From Eledone cirrhosa (lineage: Eukaryota), in the NCBI GenBank assembly GCA_964016885.1, contig OZ024743.1, positions 12,028,001-12,092,000 on the forward strand: 64,000 nucleotides of DNA, read 5' to 3'. Shown here piece by piece: positions 29,768-45,232 of the stretch. The position numbers and the translations under genes were made by a program. Every line of letters starts with the position of its first letter. The first letter of the stretch is position 1. The notes under the pieces were generated by a model. It saw only the letters and a list, made by a program, of their open reading frames with translations. It was not told the DNA's origin and ran no database searches.

Positions 29768-29770
<3 letters not shown>
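26961..29770 (+). mobile_element. Penelope-like element (Naiad-type RT plus GIY-YIG), 5'-truncated, with an inverted 5' pseudo-LTR
   Basis: FDVSMGASDSAEVTDLIG, GLYRDDG, NYLDVTLNL, YRKPN, HP; CNCR..DCPLSGKCL..NIVY...YIGLT..FKQR..H; CDLC. 26961-27342 is the reverse complement of ~29302-29683. In-frame stops are present. Confidence 0.92.
29610..29660 (+). ncRNA. Hammerhead ribozyme variant in the PLE pseudo-LTR (mirror copy on - at 26984-27034)
   Basis: AGTTT-CAGAAGA-TCCC GTTAA (T/G)GGT-GAA-AGCAG cgattct CTGCT-T-AAACT. Confidence 0.7.
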
Positions 29771-29822
<52 letters not shown>

Positions 29823-30637
29823 AAATGAAAAAGATATATGTGTATATATATAAAGAGAAAGAACCATATATCGTATAAGAAACACAGTATATTGTATATA
29901 TACCAAATACAGATATGCATGAATCTTATTATGTTTATATGTAGGTATCTGAATGGCTAGTTGAGTTCTTTACTTGGCGCGAATTCCATTGTTTGAATTC
30001 AACTGCCAAATCACGTGTTATAGTCTTCAATAAATGTCTTCCTCTTTTAGACGCACGGTGTAAATTTAACTAGGACTACTGGATTCCTTATCCTGTAGCA
30101 ATGGCTAACACACACTGTATGGAACAATCCTATGACATGAGCATCCTTGCTGCTGAATGTAACAGCCCAGTTACGTAAATGTCTGCATATTACGTGATTT
30201 TCTGTGCATTGAGGATCTATATCTGCATTTGTGAACATATGTTGTACAGAAACGATATCGTCCAAGGGATGAGAATTTTACCTTTCTCTCTAGCTAGACA
30301 CTGCCACTGCATCTGCTATTAACTAAATGTGTCCACTCTGAATGGCTGATTGCAACTGCATTACAGCAATTCGGCAAATTCATCGAGTGGGCCGGAGACC
30401 GTTGAATTAATACCATCGATCTTCGTCAATTTTATATAAATGTTTCTACGTTAGGCACAAGGCCAGCAATTACCCAGTACATTACTGGTACTTTATTTTA
30501 TCGACCCCGTATTTTATATAATATATACAAATATATGTATAAACGCCTAAAACTTTGGTTACAATCTGGAGATATGGTCACTATTGGACTTCGAAACCTA
30601 AGGTAGTGTTTTTGCTCCGTGTATGAGCAAATAAAAC

Positions 30638-30750
<113 letters not shown>

Positions 30751-31332
30751 TCATACATAGATTAGATGTTGTGGACACACACATATCTATACATATGTAT
30801 AGATTGATACATCAACACGTGTATGTGAGTATAAATGTATGTCTTATTTGTGTGTAGACTGTTTAGTCTTTGTATGTATGTATGTTCTTCTGGTTTTATA
30901 ATTTTATAAATTGTCCGTATGTATGTATGCCTTGTATGTATGTATGCAGGGTATGCATGCATGTATGTATGTATGTATGTTTGTATGGTATGTATGTATG
31001 TTTGTATGTATGTATGTAGCCTTTGAAGGTCTGAATTCATTAGGTTATTTATCTTCTGTTTTTCTGTATAGTGTTATATTTCCAAGTCAACTTCAATAAT
31101 CGATAAGCCATAACAATAGTTCATTTACTTGCGCAAACATCAACTTTGAAATTCAAATGTTTTAGTTAAATATTTCATCTCCAAACACAAGCATATTGAA
31201 AAGTATAGCACCAGTGCCATTTCTTTGTATACACAACACAGTAAACACACGCACAGGGAAAGCAGACGTTAAAACGACAATGAAGATGATGACAAATACA
31301 TACACGCGCGCGCGCACGCACACGCACACACG

Positions 31333-31423
<91 letters not shown>

Positions 31424-31429
31424 GTATAT

Positions 31430-31860
31430 ATAAGTTGTAATATAATGAAACGAAATTTCATTTCTCACTCTTAGTATGGCACTTACTTAAATGTAAGTAT
31501 GTATGTATACGTACATACATATATGTATACAGACGTACAGTACCATGCATATATATATATATATATATATATACATACAGGTACACATATATATATGTAC
31601 GTATCAGTTTAGCGAACGTTTATTATAACGCCCGCTTTGTCCGTTTGTAAACAAGCAACAGTCTGATTTATGCCATACGGTGTTAAGGCAACCACGTCAC
31701 CTTTTTGTTCAACACTGACACAGGAACGATGTACTAGTTTCAAGCTTGTTAGCTATCATCAGCACCGTATACCCTTCTGCCAGATAGTTGAACGTTCGAA
31801 AGTATATACTTTCCTTATGAAAATTAACGGCTGAGCAGCCTAATTTGCATATCGAGTGGA
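31430..31860 (-). mobile_element. Dispersed, diverged monomer of the 500-bp HHR repeat (HHR at ~31725-31768)
   Basis: Collinear with the 42045-42530 unit; starts at the same ATAAGTTG position after (TA)n. Confidence 0.9.
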
Positions 31861-31929
31861 TTTTTTCAAGGTGATATAAAGTAAGAATATATTGTACTGT
31901 GTAATAATTGTTTCTAGGTTAGGCACAAT

Positions 31930-33700
31930 CAGAAAAGGTACAGATTAGGGGTTAGAAATTTAAAAAAAAAAAAAAAATAAAAGGAAAAGGAAGAAAGGGA
32001 AGTGATAAATAGGAGTGATATAGAATGAGTAACTAGTATTATATAATGTATAATAAATAACTTTGAAATAAGGTAGAAAGATGGGTATATTTTTAAAAAG
32101 TATATATATTTATATATATATGTGCCTTTGAGAAAAGGATTTTAAATTGATAAAGTATTAGATATTAGCTGTATACTTTATGGAATGTTCTGTGGAATTT
32201 ATGCAAGCAGAGAGAAAACAAGTCAGTGCGTCTATTTATTATAGAATCTAAATTAGATATAATGGTAAATTTTTCATTTAAACAGAGATTGCAAGTCTTG
32301 GATAGAGAACTGTTCAAGTATGAAGAAGCAGAAGAAACCTTTTTCTAAGAGATGTTATATTTAATATTTTTGTCTTTCAAGGACCATATGAGTTCTGAGA
32401 GTGCCGTGTTGGTTCTTTTAGGTTGGTATTTAAAAGACGAATGATGATTATAAAGACGAGCTTTAAAGGAGGTGGAAGTGGAGCCAAAATAGGTGAAGGA
32501 ATTGGTGTTAGTTATAACTTTACATTCGTAGATTAAGTTTTTTTCAAGACAATGGTTGTTGAGAGGACATTTATTTTTAACAGGGCAATTGCAATTGCGA
32601 TTAGAGAGATTATTAACGAGTGACCTAGTGTTATCTATAGAAGGAATTGGATTGGAGAAGTTATTTGCGATAGGAATAATAGTTTCTTGATTTAGAATGG
32701 GATTAAGAACATTTAGCGAAGTTGTGTTTGACGTTGTCTTTGGGCTTGCAGAAATTAGCCTAGAATTTACAATGACGTCGGGAGTACTATTACTATTATT
32801 ATGATATTCAGTGATGGAAGGAAGAGATTTAGTATTTTATTGTTGTGTTTAGAGATAATGTTGGAAATGTTGGAGGAGGTCGAATAGGAACATTTTATAG
32901 TGTGTTTGTTAAATATTTTACTATAGATATGTGAGGGAGGGAAGCATTTATTTAAGGCACTAAAGAATAATTTAGGAATATTATTATTAATAGAGATGGA
33001 GAAAGGAGCATTATACCAGATTATGTTTTTGTATCTAGGTCTTTTATTAAAGTTATTGGAATGATCATGATTAATTATTCTACTGTAAGATCTTCTAGAA
33101 TTTGTTTCTTTACTATATTTGATTTTATCAGGATAGCCGGCTTTAGAAAGCGCGTTATTATAGTAATTGGCGTTAGCATCAAAGATGTTTTTATTAGAAG
33201 ATAGGTTAGATATTCTTTTTCCAATATTACTAACTATAGCATTCTTAATATTAGTGGGGTGGTTAGATTTAAAATTAACATAATTTAGGTTCTCATTGTT
33301 TTTATGGTAAGGGTAATATAGGCCAGTGTCAAGATTAAGAGATACATCCAAGAAATTAGCTAGTTTGATGCTGTTATCAAATTCAATTTTTAACTTCAAT
33401 CCCTAACTTTTGGGCCCTTTTCAAATTCTCTTAATTCCCTCTAACCCATCCCTTTTACAACTCCTACAACTATTATAAAAGAGCCCCCTTAGAATATAGA
33501 CCCCAGATAAACAGGCTGAGCTGTTGATGTATACCACGATTTCAAACTGCTAATCTTGAGTGAAACGTTGATGAAAATAATGAACTTACAATTACCTGTT
33601 ATATGCCTTGAAAATTCCACCATATGGTCGGACGAAACGGCTGTCGCCAATAAACTTGTTATAATGTCATAAAAGTTCCTTTGTTCTTTTTCCTTAATAT
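31930..33700 (-). mobile_element. Second Penelope-like element (Naiad-type), 5'-truncated, with a probable inverted 5' tail segment at 33400-33700
   Basis: NFLDVSLNL..YYPYHK..YVNFKSNHP, IIWYNAPFS, KIFNKHTIKCSYS; minus-strand CNCPVKNKCPLNNHCL..LIY...YFGSTSTSFKARLYNH GIY-YIG-like region. Confidence 0.88.
33604..33649 (+). ncRNA. Degenerate HHR of the C3U/G8A core variant
   Basis: TGCC-TTGAAAA-tTCC ACCATATGGT c GGAc-GAAAC-GGCT-GTC-GCCA; stem I is imperfect. Confidence 0.5.
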
Positions 33701-33724
33701 ATATATAAATATATATATATAAAT

Positions 33725-33755
<31 letters not shown>

Positions 33756-33840
33756 AATATATATATATATAAATATATATATATTTATAAATATATATAA
33801 ATATATATATAAATATATATATATTTATAAATATATATAA

Positions 33841-33989
<149 letters not shown>

Positions 33990-34016
33990 TATATATATAA
34001 ATATATATATATAAAT

Positions 34017-34105
<89 letters not shown>

Positions 34106-34199
34106 AATATATATATATATATGGTATACTGTTGGCTTCTTGCTACAATACTTTCTATACCTTTCATTTATATATATAACTATATATATATATATAAAT

Positions 34200-34270
<71 letters not shown>

Positions 34271-34295
34271 AATATATATACAAATATATATAAAT

Positions 34296-34350
<55 letters not shown>

Positions 34351-34634
34351 AATATATATTGCATATATATATGTAAACTATATATATATTGCATATATAT
34401 ATGTAAACTATATATATATATATATGTGTTTGTCTATATTGTATCTGTATTATTTTTAACCGCCGGTCAGTCAATGGCAACATTGAGGACCGAGTAAGTT
34501 AGATCGCAGATATATATATATAAAAGACAGCGAGAAGCGAAAACCAACCAAACAGTGAGTGTGTTCTGTTATTAATTCTGGCAATATTACGCAAATATGA
34601 CCCTCCCCAAATATAACAATATAAATATATATAT

Positions 34635-34703
<69 letters not shown>

Positions 34704-34932
34704 AATATATATATATAAATATATATTGGTAAACGGAATAGAAAATGCTGACAAATTGTTCACAGTTGAAAAATGGTTTAATTAGGAATAAAAGAGTATT
34801 AGTGATCGTATGGGTTAGTATTCAGTTGTCGTTTTAAGTTTTTAAGTTTTTACCGGTTGCGGATTTCTAAATGCTTTTCAAAAATAATTTTGAGATAGAG
34901 TGTCCGTGCTATAAATATATATATATATATAA

Positions 34933-35615
<683 letters not shown>

Positions 35616-36456
35616 TCATGAGAGTGATAATTTGTGACATTGCCATAGCTTTAAGGAAAGAGAACAGAGCATGCTGGGATTATCAATAGAGTGTCTTCTA
35701 TTTATTCAACAAATCTTAGTTGAATTATGTAATGTTGCAATAATAAAAAAAGAAAGAATTACATTGCGAAAGTAAGGGAAATAGGAGAAGGAGCAGCAGA
35801 CTTTATACACCAGTCTATGTGACATCTGAGCTGCTGCTCCAGGAGACACCCGCTGCATTAGCCCCTCCAGATGAATCTCACTTCTATCAATTACAAGCAA
35901 AATATTTGCCTGGATTCATCTCTACCGGATCACTACACGAAATAATATTACTGGTTACAATGTGATACAGTATACATGGTAGTCTACCACCGAAAACTTC
36001 AGAAGAAACATTCACTACCCTGACTAAGTCCGCCCTATGGTAACTATGAAAGAGATATGGTTGTCCTGAGAAATTCACATCTACAGTGGAATGATGGCAA
36101 ACGTTAGAAATACAGGAGACACATTAGAATTATTTGCGATATTGCTGTTGTTTAATTCCATGACACTGACCGAGGAAACCAATGACTGGAGCCATTCCTC
36201 ACGTAATAGTAAGAGGTAGGGGATATTTTAAAATACACCTTCAAAACACACAAATATATCACGTAGATTGTCTGTCATTCGTTTGTTGGTAATCAGTTAA
36301 AAACCTCAGTGTGATCCACAAACCCTTTCTTTCAAATATACTGTACTTCCACTCGAAGAGGAAATTATAAGAGAAGTATAACACAATATAATAAGATTTA
36401 AAACAAAACCGAAGAAAAATAAAGGTTACATACATACACACACACACACACCCACA

Positions 36457-36497
<41 letters not shown>

Positions 36498-36574
36498 CAT
36501 ACATACATACATACATACATACATACATACATACATACATACATACATACATACATACATGCATACATACATGC

Positions 36575-36910
36575 GTGATGAATGAAGACACTCCGTCGCT
36601 TACGACGACGAATGTTCCAGTTGATCTGATCAACGGAACTGCCTACTCATGAAATTTACATGCAAGTGGCTGAGCATTCCACAGACACGCGTACCCTTAA
36701 CGTGGTTCTCAGGGAGATTGAGCATGACACAGAATGTGACAAGGCTGGCCTTTCGGATTAAAGGTACAACTCATTTTTTGCCAGCTAAGTGGACTGGAGC
36801 AACGTGAAATAAAGTGTCTTGCTCAAGGACAAAATGCACCACCGGGAATCTAACTCCCGACCTTGCGATTGTGAGACGAATACCCTAACCATAATGCCAC
36901 GTGTCTTCAC
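36575..36910 (-). mobile_element. tRNA-derived CORE-like SINE
   Basis: Minus: GTGGCATTATGGTTAGGG (A-box), GAGTTAGATTCCC (B-box-like), GTCCTTGAGCAAGACACTTTATTTCACGTTGCTCCAGTCCAC; related copy at 63045-63290. Confidence 0.75.
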
Positions 36911-37011
36911 ATGCATATGTACATACATACATACTTACAAACATACATACATACATACATACATACATACATACATACATACATACATACATACATACAT
37001 ACATACATACA

Positions 37012-40000
37012 TAATGGCTGCCCCCTCGTTATCGAGTATGGCCATTGCACGAGAGAAAGAAAAAAAAAAATAATAATAATAATAATAAATTAAAAAAAAA
37101 ATTAAAAAAAGAAATATATATATATACATATACATACACATATACACACACAAACACACACTCACACACACATATACACACACACATACATTAATAACAA
37201 TAATAATAATAATAATCATAACAACAATAATAATAACGACAACAACAATAATAATATACATATACATATATATATACACACACACGCACACACATAAGCA
37301 TATCTACACACACATACACGATAGCAACTAACAGCGCTGCGATCGAATGTGGCTTTTTAGCCCAGCCAATGATCTAAAATGTCTTGCATAGAGTCGGCAA
37401 CCAAAACATTCACTGGGAATAGTCGGCTGTGGTTGGAGTTCGTGTACTTTTGCATGTCGCTTGAGCCCTCCTGCTGATTTACATTCTCTACCACATGTTT
37501 GGCAAGCAAGATGAGTAGCATCTCCAACAGCAGCTTGGTAGTCAACCACTAGTCTTACTTTATGACTGCGAAGATGACTTTCGAATCCAGCTTTGCTTAG
37601 GCAGAGTCTCGCACATACGCTGCATGTCAGCACCATAGGAGGACCCTCGCCGTCTGGAAGTGCAACAGCAATGCCCTTCCTCACATCCCGCTTTACTTTC
37701 TCGTATGCGATTCGAGATGCCTCAAAGGCAACTTTTCCCTCATATACAGTCTTTCTCCATTTATTACGATCCGCAGCAATATTCTCCCATGTATCAGCAG
37801 AGATGTTAGCGTCTTTCAGAGAGGCTTTCAAGGAATCCTTATACCTCTTTTTTGGTTTATGTGGCGGTCGTTTTCCTTTAACCAACTCTCCATAAAAGAG
37901 TTGTTTTGGTATTCTAGAATCCTTCATCCTGGCAAGGTGACCACTCCAACGGAGTCGTTGCTTAAGCACAAGAGCTTCTATACTGTCACACATAGATCTT
38001 TCCAAAATCTCGACATCACTGATGTGGTCCCTCCAGTGAACGCCATGGATCCGTCTGAGACACATCTGATGGAAACGCTCCAATTGCTTAAGGTGGTGTC
38101 GATATGTGACCCAGGTCTCGCAGGCATAAAGAAGACAAGAGAGCACACATGCCCTGTACACCTTTACCTTTGTCCTCCTGCATATATCTCGCCGACCCCA
38201 GAGTCGCCTTTCTAGCTTTCCGAAAGCATCACTTGCTTTCCTAATCCTAAGTGAGATTTCACTGTCAAGGTTGCTGCATCGATTGACAGTGCTTCCCAGG
38301 TAGACAAATTGATCAACCACTCCAAGTCGTTTGCCATACACATAGATGTTTGGTTCAGTGTACTGCTTACCAGGGGCAGGTTGGTACATGACGACGGTTT
38401 TCTTGAGACTGACAGTCAGACCTAGGGCAGTGCAAGCGTCAGAAAATGTATTCAAAATGTGCTGCATATCACTCTCTGTGTGCGCTACAAGATCGCAATC
38501 ATCTGCATACAAGAGGTCTCTTATGATTGATGTAAATACTTTTGTCTTCGCAGCAAAGCGCCTGATGTTAAATATGCTGCCTGAGGTTCGATATCGGATG
38601 TAAACACCATGCTCGCAATTCCTGAATGCAATACAGAAAACCATTGCAAAGTATATGGCAAACAGGGTCGGTGCTGGAATATCCCCCTGTTTCACTCCAT
38701 TTTTTACTGAGATAGGCTCCGACATGTTACCCCCGACATTAACCCAAGTCTTCATGTCGTCATGGAAAGACCTAACTAAAGCAAGGAACTTATCAGGGCA
38801 ACCAAGTTTCTGGAGAACCTTCCATAATGCATCTCTGTTAACAGTATCGAAAGCTTTTGTCAGATCGACAAAAACCTGATACAGATCCAAGCCTTGTTCC
38901 ATGCACTTCTCCTGGAGCTGTCTAGCTGAGAAGATCATATCAGTAATGCCGCGTCCAGCACGAAAACCAGATTGACTTTCAGGAAGAACACAATCTGCAA
39001 TGTGTGTCAGCAGACGGTCCAGAAGCACCCTACATAAAACTTTCCCTACGACAGAAAGCAATGATATACCTCTGTAGTTCCCACAATCGTTCCTGTTACC
39101 CTTTCCCTTGTACAAGACCACCATTACTGCATCTCTCCAGTCCTCAGGTACGGATTCATTAGCCCATATCCTGCCAAACAAAGAGTGCAGATGTTGCAGG
39201 AGTCTCTCACCACCATATTGTAGAAGCTCAGCATGTATGCCATCCATACCTGGAGATCTTCCACTGTTCAGCTTCGAAATAGCCACTGCAACCTCCGTAA
39301 GCGTCGGAGGTTCTGCGAGAGCTACTTTCACAGGACTTTCTGGAATGAGATTGAGGAAATCTTCACTGACGACAGACGGCTGATTCAAAAGATCATCAAA
39401 GTGCTCTTGCCACCTTCGTAGAATTCCTTGTGAGTCACGAAGAAGTTCTTTGCCATCCTTGCTGCGAAGCGATGTCACCAGAGAAGAAAACGGTCCATAA
39501 ACCTCACGCAAGAGACTGTACAACAGCTTTGTGTTATTGGAATCAGACGCAGTTTGTATCTCACCAGCCTTCTCACTCCACCACTGATCCTTCATCTGAG
39601 AAAGAATCCGCCTAACACGTGATTTTACATCCCTGAGTTTCTCATGCAACGTATTCCTCTCCTGTGGTTTTGCCGTCAAGTAGCGTGACAGAGCACGCCT
39701 CTTATCAGCCAACAAGTCTTCTATATGTACATCATTCTCATCAAACCAGTCCTGATGTTTCCTCTGCGCCAATCCCAGAACACGCCTGCCTACATCATAA
39801 ACCGACTTTTTAAGGGTCGGCCAATCCTCACCAAGATCTGCAGCCTGCATCTCTTCTTCCAATGTCCTCTTCATATTTTTATCCTTAAGACGAGCAGCAT
39901 TCAATCTTTTGGGCAGGGCAACACCAGGAGCCCGGATTTTACGTTTAGTGATTAGCTTCACTTTTGCGCGTACCAGGCGGTGGTCCGTCCAGCACTCAGC

Positions 40001-40899
40001 TCCACGAAGAACACGAACACACTGCACATCCTGTCTGTCACGCATCCTGACTAGGACGTAGTCCAAAAGATGCCATTCCTTAGATGCAGGATGCATCCAT
40101 GTGGTCTTGAATTTGTTCTTTTGTTGGAACATGGTGTTGGTAACACACAGATCCAGCTCTTCACACATCTGCAGCAGGAGCATACCATTGCTGTTACACT
40201 TTCCCACCCCATGCCTTCCGATTACATTCCATGTGTTAAAATCCCTACCCACTCTAGCATTAAAGTCACCAAGCACGATGACTTTGTCTGCCTGAGGGAT
40301 ATTTCTTAAAACACCTTTCAAGGCATGGCAAAAGGACACCGTTTCCTCATCGACAGAACTCATAGTTGGAGCATACACACTCACCAGGGTAGCATATCTT
40401 CCCTTGTCCAGCGCAACTCTCATGGACGCTCACTAATCCCTACTGGGAATTCTTCTAATTTGTTCACAAGCACAGTCTTAACAGCAAATCCCACCCCAGC
40501 CTCTCTTCTGGTTCCTTCATCTCTTCCTTTCCAGAAGAATGTATATTCTCCACAAAATTCCGTAAGATGACCATCTCCAGCTAGCCTCGTCTCAGATAAA
40601 GCCACGATGTCAAGATCGTAACGTCGAAGTTCCTTTGCAACAAGAGCGGTCCTTCGTTCAGGACGCCCCAAGGAATCCCTGTCAAGCAGCGTCCGTACGT
40701 TCCAGCAGCCAAGACTAAATGCCTTGTTTGGCTCTATTACAATGGCACGATGACGAGCGGGCCCAGGCTGTGATAACCAGGGTCCCCTGCCCTTATTGCC
40801 AATGATCTGTTTTGTTCCAGAACCTAAATTGCCAATTATCTCTTTTATATTGTTCTGGAACATCATTGAATTGGAAAAAAAAAAAAAAAAAAAAAAAAA

Positions 40900-40950
<51 letters not shown>

Positions 40951-41255
40951 GTACACTATTAATAATTATTAATGCACTCGTGCAATGCCTGTGCGTGACG
41001 AATATTTTTAAAGTGAGGAAAGACTGTGTACTGAGCCAATCCCACCCTCTGAGCGACAGTAGCTATAACCCGAAAAGAAGAAAAGATCAACATCATCGGT
41101 AACTACTGAGCCGCAGGTTTTATGTCGGAGTTAACCCAGTTTCCTGAGATGCCTTCTCCTAGAAGAATGCCCTGACAAGGGCTAGGGGTTCTTCACTCCC
41201 AGTGGTTTAACTGCGCGATCGGGCATCCAGCCCGATTATTTCTATGTCCTCGCGC
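37012..41255 (-). mobile_element. Near-full-length RTE-clade (BovB-like) LINE
   Basis: 5'UTR motif CCTTGTCAGGGCA..CTAGGAGAAGG; APE-RT ORF; 3' hairpin ATGGCC..CTCG-ATAA-CGAG..GCCAT followed by a (TATG)n tail. Confidence 0.95.
37328..40866 (-). CDS. RTE LINE ORF: APE endonuclease, reverse transcriptase and C-terminal C2H2 zinc fingers; one frameshift near 40423
   Basis: WNVRTL, ALSETR, VYAPT, LGDFNARVG, LDYVL, TDH; NYRGISLL, FVDLTKAFD, GVKQGD, LLYADDC, YLGS; CxxC-x12-HxxxH fingers. Confidence 0.93.
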
Positions 41256-41363
41256 AAAAAAAAAAAAAAAAAAAAAAATCACTTATTGACACTTATACGT
41301 ACGACACACACACAGCAACACCCATACATACAAACAAACACACACACGCTACTCTACTCACTT

Positions 41364-41397
<34 letters not shown>

Positions 41398-41459
41398 TAC
41401 CGTCATTACGGATAAAAGATTACAAAATTATGTCAACTGTTGACTTTCAAGAGTTTGTA

Positions 41460-41655
41460 TAGTTGAAGCCGATCGTACTACAGTCCAGTATTATTATAAT
41501 TGCTTTACAGCATAGAGTCACGGCCCTCCACGCTCTGAGCTCAAATCCCGCCGAGGTCAACCTTGCCTTTCATCCCCACGGCGTCAACAAAAGAGAGGTA
41601 CCAGTGATGCGCTGGGCCAGTCGCTGGATCCGTGCCAAAAGCAGAAAAATTATTA
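41460..41655 (+). mobile_element. Degenerate family A SINE; further remnants at ~17940-18060, ~48225-48340 and ~59150-59285
   Basis: GAGCTCAAATCCCGCCGAGGTCAACCTTGCCTTTCATCC motif. Confidence 0.65.
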
Positions 41656-42160
41656 TTAAACTTTTTTTCTTAAGGCCCGGTCGCGGGTGATGGTGATGGC
41701 GGCGGCGGTAGTGGTGGTGGTGGCAATTGATGTTGTTGTTGTGTTGTGTGCGTGTGTGTTTTGTTATTTTGAGTTGTTTTTTTTTTCTTTTTTTTCCCTT
41801 CCCTTTCTTTTTTTTATCTTTTGATGCCGCTGTTGTTGTTGTTGTTGTAAATGTTCATTTCAGTTCATTCTGAAGCTGTTGTTGCTGTAAACATTAGTGC
41901 CGGTGTTGTTGTTGTAGATGTTGGGGTTGAAATCTGGTCGTTTGCCTGAGTGATGTATATACACACATACACATACATATATATGCAAAAGTTTTATTTA
42001 AAATTGTTGGGTTACAACAAGTAAATATTTTATAACATATATATATAAGTTGAAAAAAATGAAAACGAAATTTCATTTCTCACTCTTAGTATGGCACTTA
42101 CTTAAATGTAAGTATGTATGTATACGTACATACATATATGTATACAGACGTACAGTAGCA

Positions 42161-42234
<74 letters not shown>

Positions 42235-42393
42235 TGCACACAGGTACACATACATATATGCACGCATCAGTTTAGCCGACGTTTATTATAACGCAGCTTT
42301 GTTCGTTTGTTTGTCAACAAACAGAACAGCCTGAATTTATGCCATACGGTGTTAAGGCAACCACGTCACCTTTTTGTTCAACACTGACACAGG

Positions 42394-42672
42394 AACGATG
42401 TACTAGTTTCAAGCTTGTTAGCTATCATCAGCACCGTTTACCCATCTGCCAGATAGTTGAACGTTCGAAAGTATATACTTTCCTTATGAAAATTAACGGC
42501 TGAGCAGCCTAATTTGCATATTGAGTGAGTTAAATCGGTCAGGCATACCGAAAACGATAAGTTGAAAAAAATGAAAACGAAATTTCATTTCTCACTCTTA
42601 GTATGGCACTTACTTAAATGTAAGTATGTATGTATACGTACATACATAAATGTATACAGACGTACAGTAGCA

Positions 42673-42733
<61 letters not shown>

Positions 42734-43162
42734 GTACACATACATATATGCACGGATCAGTTTAGCCGACGTTTATTATAACGCAGCTTTGTTCGTTTGT
42801 TTGTCAACAAACAGAACAGCCTGAATTTATGCCATACGGTGTTAAGGCAACCACGTCACCTTTTTGTTCAACACTGACACAGGAACGATGTACTAGTTTC
42901 AAGCTTGTTAGCTATCATCAGCACCGTTTACCCATCTGCCAGATAGTTGAACGTTCGAAAGTATATACTTTCCTTATGAAAATTAACGGCTGAGCAGCCT
43001 AATTTGCATATTGAGTGAGTTAAATCGGTCAGGCATACCGAAAACGATAAGTTGAAAAAAATGAAAACGAAATTTCATTTCTCACTCTTAGTATGGCACT
43101 TACTTAAATGTAAGTATGTATGTATACGTACATACATATATGTATACAGACGTAGAGTAGCA

Positions 43163-43236
<74 letters not shown>

Positions 43237-43674
43237 TGCACACAGGTACACATACATATATGCACGGATCAGTTTAGCCGACGTTTATTATAACGCAGCT
43301 TTGTTCGTTTGTTTGTCAACAAACAGAACAGCCTGAATTTATGCCATACGGTGTTAAGGCAACCACGTCACCTTTTTGTTCAACACTGACACAGGAACGA
43401 TGTACTAGTTTCAAGCTTGTTAGCTATCATCAGCACCGTTTACCCATCTGCCAGATAGTTGAACGTTCGAAAGTATATACTTTCCTTATGAAAATTAACG
43501 GCTGAGCAGCCTAATTTGCATATTGAGTGAGTTAAATCGGTCAGGCATACCGAAAACGATAAGTTGAAAAAAATGAAAACGAAATTTCATTTCTCACTCT
43601 TAGTATGGCACTTACTTAAATGTAAGTATGTATGTATACGTACATACATAAATGTATACAGACGTACAGTAGCA

Positions 43675-43735
<61 letters not shown>

Positions 43736-44164
43736 GTACACATACATATATGCACGCATCAGTTTAGCCGACGTTTATTATAACGCAGCTTTGTTCGTTT
43801 GTTTGTCAACAAACAGAACAGCCTGAATTTATGCCATACGGTGTTAAGGCAACCACGTCACCTTTTTGTTCAACACTGACACAGGAACGATGTACTAGTT
43901 TCAAGCTTGTTAGCTATCATCAGCACCGTTTACCCATCTGCCAGATAGTTGAACGTTCGAAAGTATATACTTTCCTTATGAAAATTAACGGCTGAGCAGC
44001 CTAATTTGCATATTGAGTGAGTTAAATCGGTCAGGCATACCGAAAACGATAAGTTGAAAAAAATGAAAACGAAATTTCATTTCTCACTCTTAGTATGGCA
44101 CTTACTTAAATGTAAGTATGTATGTATACGTACATACATATATGTATACAGACGTAGAGTAGCA

Positions 44165-44240
<76 letters not shown>

Positions 44241-44678
44241 TGCACACAGGTACACATACATATATGCACGGATCAGTTTAGCCGACGTTTATTATAACGC
44301 AGCTTTGTTCGTTTGTTTGTCAACAAACAGAACAGCCTGAATTTATGCCATACGGTGTTAAGGCAACCACGTCACCTTTTTGTTCAACACTGACACAGGA
44401 ACGATGTACTAGTTTCAAGCTTGTTAGCTATCATCAGCACCGTTTACCCATCTGCCAGATAGTTGAACGTTCGAAAGTATATACTTTCCTTATGAAAATT
44501 AACGGCTGAGCAGCCTAATTTGCATATTGAGTGAGTTAAATCGGTCAGGCATACCGAAAACGATAAGTTGAAAAAAATGAAAACGAAATTTCATTTCTCA
44601 CTCTTAGTATGGCACTTACTTAAATGTAAGTATGTATGTATACGTACATACATAAATGTATACAGACGTACAGTAGCA

Positions 44679-44739
<61 letters not shown>

Positions 44740-45168
44740 GTACACATACATATATGCACGCATCAGTTTAGCCGACGTTTATTATAACGCAGCTTTGTTC
44801 GTTTGTTTGTCAACAAACAGAACAGCCTGAATTTATGCCATACGGTGTTAAGGCAACCACGTCACCTTTTTGTTCAACACTGACACAGGAACGATGTACT
44901 AGTTTCAAGCTTGTTAGCTATCATCAGCACCGTTTACCCATCTGCCAGATAGTTGAACGTTCGAAAGTATATACTTTCCTTATGAAAATTAACGGCTGAG
45001 CAGCCTAATTTGCATATTGAGTGAGTTAAATCGGTCAGGCATACCGAAAACGATAAGTTGAAAAAAATGAAAACGAAATTTCATTTCTCACTCTTAGTAT
45101 GGCACTTACTTAAATGTAAGTATGTATGTATACGTACATACATATATGTATACAGACGTAGAGTAGCA

Positions 45169-45232
<64 letters not shown>

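Noticed and set aside
41100-41255. HDV-like ribozyme in the RTE 5'UTR
   Set aside because: Hairpins are present (GCGCGA/TCGCGC, ATCGGGC/GCCCGAT) but I could not fit the nested double pseudoknot
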